Assembly (NCBI GenBank): GCA_039801565.1
Contig: JBDRUX010000018.1
Span: forward strand, 1-30,609
Direction: 5' to 3'
Length of the DNA: 30,609 nt
Source of the DNA: a candidate division WOR-3 bacterium
Lineage (GTDB): Bacteria > Hydrothermota > Tepidihabitantia > Tepidihabitantales > JAOUPE01
The position numbers and the translations under genes were made by a program. Within the stretch, counting starts at the first letter, position 1, and the number at the start of each line of letters is the position of its first letter. Under the pieces are notes generated by a model that searched no databases, was not told the DNA's origin, and saw nothing but the letters and a program-made list of their open reading frames with translations. Positions 17,381 through 26,800 of the stretch are shown here, piece after piece.

Positions 17381-18559
17381 ATGGTATTTTTACTGGTTTT
17401 ATTACAAATCGTTAGTTTTAATACAGATGGGCAAATGATTGCTCAGCACGACACTGGTAATGTAATAATGCGGGTGACTGCACGGGGTTGCATTGGCGAT
17501 ACAGTGACACCATCGAGTGGTAATATAATCAATGGTTTTAAATACCCGAGAACTGGACAGAATTGGCTATTCTTTGGCGGTTTTGCCGTGGGTAATTCAA
17601 GGTATTATGTTGCTGATGGGTTCTTTGGAGAAAGAGGTATTGTCGCTCGTGATTTTCAAGTGGTTGATAGTTTAGAGCGCGTATTCCGTCATAATGCTCA
17701 GGAATGGGAATGCCGGTATAACGATTTGGGACATCCAGCACCCAGGAATCTTCGAGTTAATCAGTATAGCATCGCTTCGCCGAATCTTAGTTACGACGAC
17801 GGTGTATTAATGGAATTCAAAATTGAGAATGAGTCGGATAGCACAGTTAATGATCTCTATGCCGGATTATTCTTTGATTTTGATATGGGCGCTACCAATC
17901 TAACTCGGTGTGGTACTGACACGATAAGGCGATGTGTTTGGATGCGTCAAAACACAACCGAAAATCCAACAATTGGAGTAAAGCTACTTTCGCCAGAAAG
18001 TTGGGCAAATCTTGCCTGTATTCATAATCCTACCTACATATACCCTGACACTGGTTTAGCAGATTCTAATAAAATCAAATTTCTTTCTGGATTAATTCGT
18101 GTCTATTCTTCTACCTCGGACGACGATTGGACACTCTGTGCTTCGGTCGGACCGTTTTCCTTAGAACCTCATAGCGAATATAAATGTGCCTTTGCAGTTT
18201 TGGGCGGGACCAGTCTTACTGATTTCTATGCCAATGCCGATAGTCTACAAAACTATTATAACCAAATCAGCGGAATTAAAGAGAATCATTTGACTAGTAG
18301 CCTTTCCACATCAAAACTGGCAATGTCTAACCCGGTCAAAGAAAATGGTCGAGTACAATTGCAAGTCACCGAAGGGGGTAAAATTGCTCTTAATCTCTAT
18401 GATGCATTAGGCAGACACCTAAGTACGATATGGAAAGGCGTTGGTCCCTGTGATGAGATTATCGAATTAAAAACCCAAAACCTACCAACTGGCTTATACT
18501 TCCTTCGGCTTACTACTGAGAGGGCCGCAAAAACCCTCAAGGTCATCGTCAACAAATAA
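17381..18559 (+). CDS. Secreted protein with T9SS-type CTD; body is paralogous to the C-terminal region of the C25 protease
   Basis: HDTG, FFGG...G, VVDSL, GH..P..L.V, YAG..DFD and NPT.G.KLLSP shared with 2937-3765; YDALGR...LPTGLYFL tail. Confidence 0.8.
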   Translation: MVFLLVLLQIVSFNTDGQMIAQHDTGNVIMRVTARGCIGDTVTPSSGNIINGFKYPRTGQNWLFFGGFAVGNSRYYVADGFFGERGIVARDFQVVDSLERVFRHNAQEWECRYNDLGHPAPRNLRVNQYSIASPNLSYDDGVLMEFKIENESDSTVNDLYAGLFFDFDMGATNLTRCGTDTIRRCVWMRQNTTENPTIGVKLLSPESWANLACIHNPTYIYPDTGLADSNKIKFLSGLIRVYSSTSDDDWTLCASVGPFSLEPHSEYKCAFAVLGGTSLTDFYANADSLQNYYNQISGIKENHLTSSLSTSKLAMSNPVKENGRVQLQVTEGGKIALNLYDALGRHLSTIWKGVGPCDEIIELKTQNLPTGLYFLRLTTERAAKTLKVIVNK

Positions 18560-18570
18560 CTTAAACACAC

Positions 18571-18608
18571 TGCGGGGAGGAGCTTTGAAACTCTTCCCCG
18601 CATTTTTT
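18571..18608 (+). terminator. Intrinsic terminator
   Basis: TGCGGGGAGGAG...CTCTTCCCCGCA followed by TTTTTT. Confidence 0.85.
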
Positions 18609-18710
18609 ACTTGTCTTCCATTATATCTATATCGCAGTTTAAATCAAAAGTAAGTTAGTCTATCTAAGTTAAACAATTAACATTAAGAACTTATCGGTTT
18701 GTTTTTCCGT

Positions 18711-19796
18711 TTAGAGAATTGTAGCAAAAAGTTTTTCCTTACCCAATCTTGCTTTTTCGCCAAACGGTCCTTGCCGAATCATCCAAAGTTCAGCCTTTGC
18801 CTGTTCTTTAATTTTCTTTGATTCAAGCGTGACTCCCTTCAAATTCTCAAAAGCGGATGCTCCTGCAATTCTTCCTTCCAGCATTGCGGTTGAGGCTTCT
18901 TCGATACCTGATAAGTCACCACAGATAAAAATTCCCGGAATACTCGTTGCCATATCTTCATTGTGATAAGCAACATAACCACCCAATTCCGGTACATATT
19001 CCATCTTGCAGCCAGCCTGCCATAATAATTCATTAAGGGGCGACAGTCCAACCGCTAAGCAAATAATGTCCACTTTTAGCTTTTTTTCGGTTCTGGGAAT
19101 TGGTTTAAAGTTTTTATTAACTCGAACAATTATTGCACCAGTTACCCATTCTTTTCCAATTGCTTCTTTTATTGTATGTGAAGTAAAAATTGGAATTCTG
19201 AGACGGGCTAACTTAGCCGCATGGACATGATAGCCACTAATCTTTGGCAAAATCTCAATTACCGCTACTACATCAATTCCAGCTTGCATCATTTGATAAG
19301 AGACAATCAGCCCAATGTTTCCTGAACCAACCATTAGTGCTCTTTTACCGGGTCGGACACCGTAGACATTCATTAAAGTCTGAACCGCACCGGCACCATA
19401 AACACCAGGCAAATCGTTATTTGGAAAAGCAATTGTATTCTCACTGGCACCAGTAGCAAAAATGATTTCTTGAGCCTGCAATTTCAATAGCCGGTTATCT
19501 TGATAAATTGCTAATATGTTGTTCTCGTAATAACCAATAACTGAAGCATTGAGTAATTGCTTAATCGGTAAATTCTTCAGTTCTTCGGCTAAAATTTTGC
19601 CGATTGTGATACCGCGAAATCCGCAGTAATGGCTCTTTGAGCCAAAAAATTTGTGAGTCTGTTTGATTAGTTGACCACCAAGACAAGGGTTCTCATCAAC
19701 AATAGTTACCGATGCGCCAAGTTGGGCAGCGACAATTGCTGCGGAAAGGCCAGCCGGTCCACCACCAATCACTACTATTTCATCTTGTAACATCAA
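18711..19796 (-). CDS. NAD(P)/FAD-dependent oxidoreductase (sarcosine oxidase/proline dehydrogenase alpha-like)
   Basis: GGGPAG, GGQLIKQTHKFFG, ATGA, GSGNIG and GD..GIEEA. Confidence 0.85.
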   Translation of the reverse strand: MMLQDEIVVIGGGPAGLSAAIVAAQLGASVTIVDENPCLGGQLIKQTHKFFGSKSHYCGFRGITIGKILAEELKNLPIKQLLNASVIGYYENNILAIYQDNRLLKLQAQEIIFATGASENTIAFPNNDLPGVYGAGAVQTLMNVYGVRPGKRALMVGSGNIGLIVSYQMMQAGIDVVAVIEILPKISGYHVHAAKLARLRIPIFTSHTIKEAIGKEWVTGAIIVRVNKNFKPIPRTEKKLKVDIICLAVGLSPLNELLWQAGCKMEYVPELGGYVAYHNEDMATSIPGIFICGDLSGIEEASTAMLEGRIAGASAFENLKGVTLESKKIKEQAKAELWMIRQGPFGEKARLGKEKLFATIL

Positions 19797-19805
19797 ATTG
19801 GGATT

Positions 19806-20132
19806 TTAGTTTGTTTCAATCTTTCCACGACCAATTTGTCGCTGAACTTTCATCCCAGATTTCAGCGGTTCCATACACACCATTACATTAGGCCTTCCAT
19901 CAACTACCATTAAACAGGATGAACACTTACCAACGGCACAAAAAAAACCACGCGCCCGTTTTAATTTTTCGGTATACCGAAAAACTTTAATACCATTAGC
20001 CACCAGTGCTGCAGCAATTGGTTCGCCTTCATAACCCGAAAGTTCTTGGTCCTCAAAAAAGAACTTCACCATCTTCTTTTCCGGAAATTCTAAGATTGGA
20101 TGTTGCGTGATGCGGTTGGTATAAGTTTTCAT
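19806..20132 (-). CDS. (2Fe-2S)-binding protein (Fer2_4-like)
   Basis: GEPIAAAL and RGFFCAVGKCSSC...NVMVC. Confidence 0.88.
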   Translation of the reverse strand: MKTYTNRITQHPILEFPEKKMVKFFFEDQELSGYEGEPIAAALVANGIKVFRYTEKLKRARGFFCAVGKCSSCLMVVDGRPNVMVCMEPLKSGMKVQRQIGRGKIETN

Positions 20133-20392
20133 TTATTAGCAATTTTTCGAGAACGATTGACACAAACCAATGAGCAATATTTCTGTTTCCGATTACGCAT
20201 TCGGAATTTTTTGCCACAGCCAATACAAGTCCGTTCACCTAATTTGATTTGCGCCCGCGAACGAAAATCTTTATCAACTTGGCGAATGATTTGTCGAACG
20301 CGCTCCCGCGTTACACCAACTCGACGGGCAATTTCAGCCATCGTCATTTCTGGTTTCATTAACTTCATCACTTCGTTGCGTACACCTTTCAT
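20129..20392 (-). CDS. Small sigma-region-4-like HTH plus Cys4 zinc-finger protein
   Basis: MTMAEIARRVGVTRERVRQI; CIGC...YCSLVC; SD AGGAGG; ATGA overlap with the next gene. Confidence 0.75.
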   Translation of the reverse strand: MKGVRNEVMKLMKPEMTMAEIARRVGVTRERVRQIIRQVDKDFRSRAQIKLGERTCIGCGKKFRMRNRKQKYCSLVCVNRSRKIANK

Positions 20393-20418
20393 TTTTGCCT
20401 CCTATTCTAATTCTATTC

Positions 20419-20433
20419 GGTCAACAATTGACC
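20419..20433. promoter_or_regulatory. Palindrome GGTCAA-N3-TTGACC, candidate operator
   Basis: Perfect 6-bp dyad 27-41 nt upstream of the HTH gene start. Confidence 0.45.
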
Positions 20434-20507
20434 ACAGAGCGAACGGCAAAAATATCTGAGAATCTTCTTGCCCACTCTGTGATTTTATTAATAATTTTAA
20501 TCTCTCC

Positions 20508-21290
20508 TCAGTTCCTTTGAACATAACTTACAGCATTTTTAAATATTAATTGACCTTGCGGATTTATTTTACTCTTGCGATGCCAATGCGGATGGAGTTG
20601 TTGGTGTAAAAACCGCTCGGGATGTGGCATCAAACCAAAAACCCGCCCAGTTAAATCACAGATACCAGCAATATTCTCAATCGAACCATTCGGATTATAA
20701 GGATAACCAGCCTTCCTTCCTTTTTCATCAACATAGCAAAGGACGATTTGACCATTTCGCTTTAATTGTCGAAGTGTTGTTTCATCCTTTGGAATAAATT
20801 TACCTTCGGCATGCGCGACCGGAAAATAAAGTAACTCTTCAATACCTTTAGTAAAAATACAGCGATTGCCTTTTATATTTTTAAGATAAACCCAGCGGTC
20901 CTCATAGCGATTGGAATCGTTAGCGTCAAGGGTCGCGGTTGGGTCGGAAAGATACCCGTTGTTACCGGGTAAGATGCCGGCCTTGACTAAGACCTGAAAA
21001 CCGTTACAAATTCCAATAATCAATTTGCCATCAGTAATGAAGCGCATAATATCTTCTTTCAAGGAAAATTTTAATTCGGTGGCAAGGATTTTGCCGGCTG
21101 CGATATAATCGCCATAAGTGAACCCTCCTGGAATCGCCAATATTGCATAATCTGCTAATGACTTTCTCTTTGTTTTTAATTCATTGATATGAATCAAATC
21201 CGTTTTGGCACCAGCTAACTCAAAGGCATAAGCCGTTTCGGAGTCACAATTCGTGCCAGCTGCGAAAAGAATCGCCACTTTTACTAACAC
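20508..21290 (-). CDS. purQ: Phosphoribosylformylglycinamidine synthase subunit PurQ (likely GTG start at 21290)
   Basis: GTNCD, PGGFTYGDY, GICNGFQ, AHAEG, NPNGS and MPHPER. Confidence 0.93.
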   Translation of the reverse strand: MLVKVAILFAAGTNCDSETAYAFELAGAKTDLIHINELKTKRKSLADYAILAIPGGFTYGDYIAAGKILATELKFSLKEDIMRFITDGKLIIGICNGFQVLVKAGILPGNNGYLSDPTATLDANDSNRYEDRWVYLKNIKGNRCIFTKGIEELLYFPVAHAEGKFIPKDETTLRQLKRNGQIVLCYVDEKGRKAGYPYNPNGSIENIAGICDLTGRVFGLMPHPERFLHQQLHPHWHRKSKINPQGQLIFKNAVSYVQRN

Positions 21291-21296
21291 CTTTAC

Positions 21297-21393
21297 AAGA
21301 TACTGTAAAGTATTTGATTTGTCAAGAGGGAATTTTGGAAATCCTGCGCTAAATTTTTTGGTTTGTTGACAAAGATTAAACAATGGGTATTAT
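21297..21393. promoter_or_regulatory. Divergent promoters for purQ and lptFG
   Basis: Minus: TTGACA(21325)-N17-TATCTT-N6-GTG. Plus: TTGACA(21366)-N16-TATTAT-N7-ATG. Confidence 0.7.
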
Positions 21394-21400
21394 TGCAATA

Positions 21401-22663
21401 ATGAAAATTTTTGACCGTTATGTTATAAAGGAATTTACTGGTCCGTTTTTTTTAAGTTTAGTAGTTTTAGCCTTTATTCTTTTAATGGACCGACTTTTCC
21501 TTTTAGTTGACCTTTTGGTCCGCAAGGGCGTTGGAATTGGAGTGGTTGCTGAGATTGCGCTTCTTAGCCTACCGTCGGTGATTGCCTATACCGGACCGTT
21601 AGGCACTTTAATCGGGTCAGTAATGGCCTGTGGGCGATTAGCCCAAGACAATGAAATCACGGCAATAAGAGCATCTGGTATCCCGCTTTTTCGCTGCTTT
21701 CTGGCTTTAGGTATCTTAACTTTTATTTTAATGGTTGCAATGGTCTTTTTTAACGGTTTGCTTTGGCCAGAATCCGAACATAAGGTGCGCGGTCTCTTAA
21801 TGGATGTTGCCCGAAAAAAACCCGCGACTCGTATTCAAGAAGGTGTTTTTATGGATGAGTTCGAAGGTTATACAATTTATATTGGTCGAATCGACGAAAG
21901 AAAATCAACAATCCAAGATATCGCAGTATTTGCCAAAGACCCAAAAGGAACGCCTAACATAATTACCGCAAAATCTGGCACAATCGCCAATAGTCCTGAT
22001 GGGAACTATTTGACATTAACCTTATTGGATGGTGAAATTCACGAATTGGTTGAAAAAGACCGCTACCGAAGATTATTCTTTACCAAACATACTATTAATA
22101 TTCCAATTGATGTTGAAATGGTACGTAAAGAAAGACAATATCGAGGCGATTCCGAAATGGTACTCTGGTCGCTCTTAACTAAGATTAAAGGTTTAACCAA
22201 GGAAATTCAAGAATTTAAAAAATCCATTGCTGAGTTAAAGAAAAAATCAATTGAACCCGCTGACCGAAGAAATTTTCAGATTCAAGAAATTGAAACAAAA
22301 GTCCGTTATAAATGGCAAGAGTTGAATCGTTATTTAGTTGAGACACACAAAAAATTTTCTCTCGCCTTCTCTTGTTTCTTCTTCCTCTTTTTTGGTGCAC
22401 CTTTGGGCATTTTACTGCGCCGGGGCGGTATCGGTTTCGGCTTTATAGTCGGATTAATTTTCTTTGCCATTTATTACATTCTTCTCATTGCTGGTGAAGA
22501 ACTTGCTGATTCCGGCCGACTTTCGCCATTTATTGGAATGTGGTTACCAAATTTATTTCTCTTACCAATTGTTGTCGAACTATTTTTGCGAACCTTCTGG
22601 GAGAAATCCGTTATTAGATTTATTAAAGGTTGGTGGCAATCAATTTTGTCGAAAATAGGATGA
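21401..22663 (+). CDS. lptF: LptF/LptG family LPS export permease (first of the pair)
   Basis: MKIFDRYVIKE, DNEITAIRASGI, HKKFS and GMWLPN. Confidence 0.85.
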   Translation: MKIFDRYVIKEFTGPFFLSLVVLAFILLMDRLFLLVDLLVRKGVGIGVVAEIALLSLPSVIAYTGPLGTLIGSVMACGRLAQDNEITAIRASGIPLFRCFLALGILTFILMVAMVFFNGLLWPESEHKVRGLLMDVARKKPATRIQEGVFMDEFEGYTIYIGRIDERKSTIQDIAVFAKDPKGTPNIITAKSGTIANSPDGNYLTLTLLDGEIHELVEKDRYRRLFFTKHTINIPIDVEMVRKERQYRGDSEMVLWSLLTKIKGLTKEIQEFKKSIAELKKKSIEPADRRNFQIQEIETKVRYKWQELNRYLVETHKKFSLAFSCFFFLFFGAPLGILLRRGGIGFGFIVGLIFFAIYYILLIAGEELADSGRLSPFIGMWLPNLFLLPIVVELFLRTFWEKSVIRFIKGWWQSILSKIG

Positions 22664-23736
22664 AAATCACTGATAAGTTAATCTTGAAAGAATTTATTAA
22701 ATTCACTTTGCTCGCACTGCTTTGTGTCGTAACTCTATACAATTTAATTGATTTGTTAGAAGAACTCTCTTATTTTACGCGGCGTCGGGTTAATATCATT
22801 ACTGTGCTTGGTTATTACACTTATTTAACACCGCAAGCGGTTACTTTACTATTACCAGTAGCATTGATTCTTGCGACTTTTTTAGTCTACGGCACTATGA
22901 CTCGACATCGTGAGATTAATGCTTATATGAGTAGCGGCATTAATCTCTTTCGGCTCTTTCGAATCGCCATTGTCATTGGCATTTTCTCAATTTTTGGCTT
23001 ATTTCTGCATCGGGAATTAGTGGAAATTCCATTCGCCCAACGATTAGCTGATTTGAAACGATTTAAAATTGAACAACGGGGGAATACTGAAATCCAGAAA
23101 CGACGTGACATCTATTACATCGGCGAACAAGGAAAAATTTATTTTATTAAAGAATTCGAGTCACCAGGCACATTAAGAAATTTTTACATCCTCGAATTGA
23201 ATAAAGAACGAAGACCAATCAAAAGGGTTGATGTTACCGAAGCGACTTATCGGAATAAAATTTGGTTCGGCAAAGATGTTTATATTCGGGATTTTTCTGG
23301 CACGGAGGAATTGATGAACCACTACGATAGCTTACCGTTAGTTTCCATCACCGAAAAGCCCGAAGATTTTATTAAAGAGATTAGACCAATCGAAGAGACT
23401 TCAACCAAAGATTTATTCCGCTACTTGCGAAAAATGAAGCGGGTGGGGGAGAGGGTGAATAAAGAAGAGGTCGAATTCAACTATCGCTTCGCTGATGCGT
23501 TCATTGGTCTAATTGTTATTCTTTTAGCTTTGCCTTTGTCAATTCGACTGCGCAAGGGTGGCGTGATGTTGGGACTTGGCTTGGGTTTATTGTTTTCATT
23601 TCTCTACTGGGGTTTTATTCAAGTTGCCAAAGCCTTTGGTTATGTTGGTGCTTTTTCACCGGTGGTAAGTGCCTGGCTACCAAATATCACTTTCAGTTTG
23701 GTGGCGGTTTTTTTTCTCACCCAAGTTAGACGATAA
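22660..23736 (+). CDS. lptG: LptF/LptG family LPS export permease (second of the pair)
   Basis: HREINAYMSSGI and SAWLPN; ATGA overlap with lptF. Confidence 0.85.
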   Translation: MKITDKLILKEFIKFTLLALLCVVTLYNLIDLLEELSYFTRRRVNIITVLGYYTYLTPQAVTLLLPVALILATFLVYGTMTRHREINAYMSSGINLFRLFRIAIVIGIFSIFGLFLHRELVEIPFAQRLADLKRFKIEQRGNTEIQKRRDIYYIGEQGKIYFIKEFESPGTLRNFYILELNKERRPIKRVDVTEATYRNKIWFGKDVYIRDFSGTEELMNHYDSLPLVSITEKPEDFIKEIRPIEETSTKDLFRYLRKMKRVGERVNKEEVEFNYRFADAFIGLIVILLALPLSIRLRKGGVMLGLGLGLLFSFLYWGFIQVAKAFGYVGAFSPVVSAWLPNITFSLVAVFFLTQVRR

Positions 23737-23762
23737 AAATAGGGGAGAGGTACTTAAAACTA

Positions 23763-23790
23763 TTGACAAATAGTATTAATTTAGTATAAT
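23763..23790 (+). promoter_or_regulatory. sigma70-type promoter
   Basis: TTGACA-N16-TATAAT. Confidence 0.85.
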
Positions 23791-23814
23791 ATAATTGACT
23801 GGGGGAAAAGGGGT

Positions 23815-26800
23815 ATGAAAACAATCCTGGGGTTATTGCTTGTTACCTACCTTTATGGGCAAAAATTTGAATTGTATAATAGTTTAATAAATTCAATCCA
23901 TGGAACAACTGACCAAATAGTTTGGAATGAATCGAGGTGGCAAGATTTTATTGATGGTGAACTCGACCCTTCTTTATATGTCTCCCGTCGCGCCCAATTA
24001 GAACCCGATTCGGGTTGTATTGAGTTTTTTGCTCGGTTTGATGTTGATAATAACGGCTTTTATGATTTAGCTTGCGCCGACGATTCGGGTCCAGCGCCGC
24101 GTTATCTCCGTCTTTATAAGGGTTATCCATTCGGTTACCGACCCGAAAGTTTATTAGTTTATCCAATCCCATCCGCAGGGAATATTGACTTAGCCGATTT
24201 GAATCTTGACGGTTGGGCTGAGTTAATTCATTCCGGGTGGTCAACCGGCTATGCAACCATCTACTGGGGAACACCGAACGGACCATCAGCTACTAATACA
24301 ACAACCCTTCCTTATCAAGGCTATAGCGAGGCAGTCTCGGTTTACGATTTAGACCGCGATACCTATTTGGATATTATAATTGGTAGTAGCAACGGTCGAA
24401 TCTATATCTATTGGGGTAGCAGTTCCGGTTATAGTCAAGCCAATCGAACCGAAGTGAATGTCCAATATTCGGCTGGTCATAATATTGAAATTGCTGATTT
24501 TGATAAGGACGGTTGGGGCGATATCACAGTCGCTTTATGGACTCACAATCAGAACCCAGTGATTTATTGGGGACCAAATCGCCAACCCCGAGAAATCGTC
24601 TGGTTGCCATTTTTCTTTAATAATGCCCATGGCGTAACCGTTGCTGATTTTAATCGCGATGGCTGGTTAGATATTGTTTATCAGGGTTACGACCAGGTAC
24701 AAACTTCTTATATTTATTTCGGTTCACCAGCCGGTTTTTCGACAACCAACCGAACCCAAATCAATCCCGGTAAATGTTATGGTGGCAGTGTTGCGGTGGA
24801 TTGGAACTATGATGGTTGGCTGGACATTGTTTATTTGCGTGGCAACTGGTATGGTGGTGGCACCTGGAAGCCAATTGTTTACCTCAATACTCGGTCATCA
24901 CCCTATTTTGCTAACAGTAATAGTTATGAATTAGGCAATTGGAATTATAATGCTTCAGGTGGGTTTGTTGCGGATTTCAATTTTGATGGTAACCTGGATA
25001 TATTTATTAACAATATGCTCTTAGATTCCAGTTATATCCTTTGGGGACCGAACTATACCGAGCGAACTGGTTTACCGGTTAGTTATGACCATCATGGTGT
25101 CTGGCGCGAGCCGGGTAATATTTATGACCGAACCTTTTCGGCTTACTATTACTCATCAGTCTTTAGTGTTGGTCCGGATTCTTTGATTGGTTCGGGTGTA
25201 ATTTCTTGGGTTGCTTACGAACCACCTGAGACTGAAGTCCATATTGCGTTAAGAGCCGGTGATACGCCTATTCCGGATTCAACTTGGACAAACTTTTATT
25301 TTGCGACCAATGGTGATTTTTTACCGGCACAGGTTACAGGTTATCGTTATTTACAATACCGAGCAACTTTGGAATATTGGCGACCTTGTTATCTACCACA
25401 CTTAGAAAAGATAACGATTACAGTCAATCCGGTAATTGCTTACGATGTTGGCGTAACTCAGATTACCGCGCCGGTTGGTGTTGTTGATTCCGGAGCGATT
25501 ATCACGCCAACCGCGGTGGTACAAAATTTTGGTAACCGACCCGCCAATTTCCCAGTAATCTTTAAAATCGGCACGAACTATTTAGCTACAAGGTATAAAT
25601 ATCTCAATATTGGTCAATCCGACACCGTTATGTTTTCAACCTGGATTGCATCGCCAATCGGCACTCATCAAGTTAAATGCAGTACCGCTTTGGTTGGTGA
25701 CCATAATCCTCAAAATGATTTTCGAATTGATTCGGTTCGGGTTCAAGGCTCTTTATTAGATGTTGCCGTAACTGATATCTGGGCACCGATTGGCACGGTT
25801 GATTCAGGAAGTGTGATAACACCAGTGGCGGTGGTTCGGAATTATAGCGGTAGGGCAGTAAATTTTCCAGTCACTTTCCGAATCGGTTCCAATTATTCAA
25901 GAACCCGATCCAAACAGTTAGCAGTAAATCAATCGGATACCGTCGGCTTTCAACCTTGGTTAGCCGAACCGGTTGGGACTTATTTAGTAAAATGCACAAC
26001 CGGATTGGTCGGCGATATTAACCCAGCTAACGATTTTCGAATTGATTCGGTTACGGTTGTTGCTCCAGCCTACGATGTTGAGGTAACACAAATCCTTGCT
26101 CCAACTGGAATCGTTGATTCTGGTGCGGTTATCATTCCAGTTGCCCGGGTCCGAAATCATAGTTATAGTATCTTAACCTTTCCGGTTCTTTTCACAATTG
26201 GCAATGATTACTCACAACGACGCAACAAAACATTAAACCCATTAGGTACAGATACAGTTGGTTTCCCAGCGTGGACCGCAATACATTATGGCACGCATTT
26301 AGTAAAATGCAGTACCGAATTGGTTGGCGATGTAAATCCGGGCAACGACCGCAAGATTGATTCAGTAACGGTCACGCGTCCCGAATACACCGATGCGGCA
26401 GCAATTGCTATCTTAGCCCCAACCGGTTATGTTGATTCAGGAGCAGTAATAACCCCAATTGCTCAGATTGCTAATTATAGCACCAGTGCCAAAACTATTC
26501 CGGTTATTTTTAAAATCGGTTCTGATTATTCCGAAATTCGAACTAAATTGCTTGGCGCTGGTATTACCGATACAGTTCATTTCCCAAACTGGTTCGCTCA
26601 ACGACTTGGAACCTGGACGGTTAAATGTAGCACGGCACTTTTGGGTGATGAGAACCCGGCTAATGATTTGGTTATTGATTCAGTGACGGTGAGAATTAGA
26701 ATTGATGCCGGGGTGAGAGAAATTATCGCACCCAGAGGAGTCGTTGATTCTGGTGCGGTAATTATCCCTAAGGCACTAATCACCAATTACAGCACTCGAA

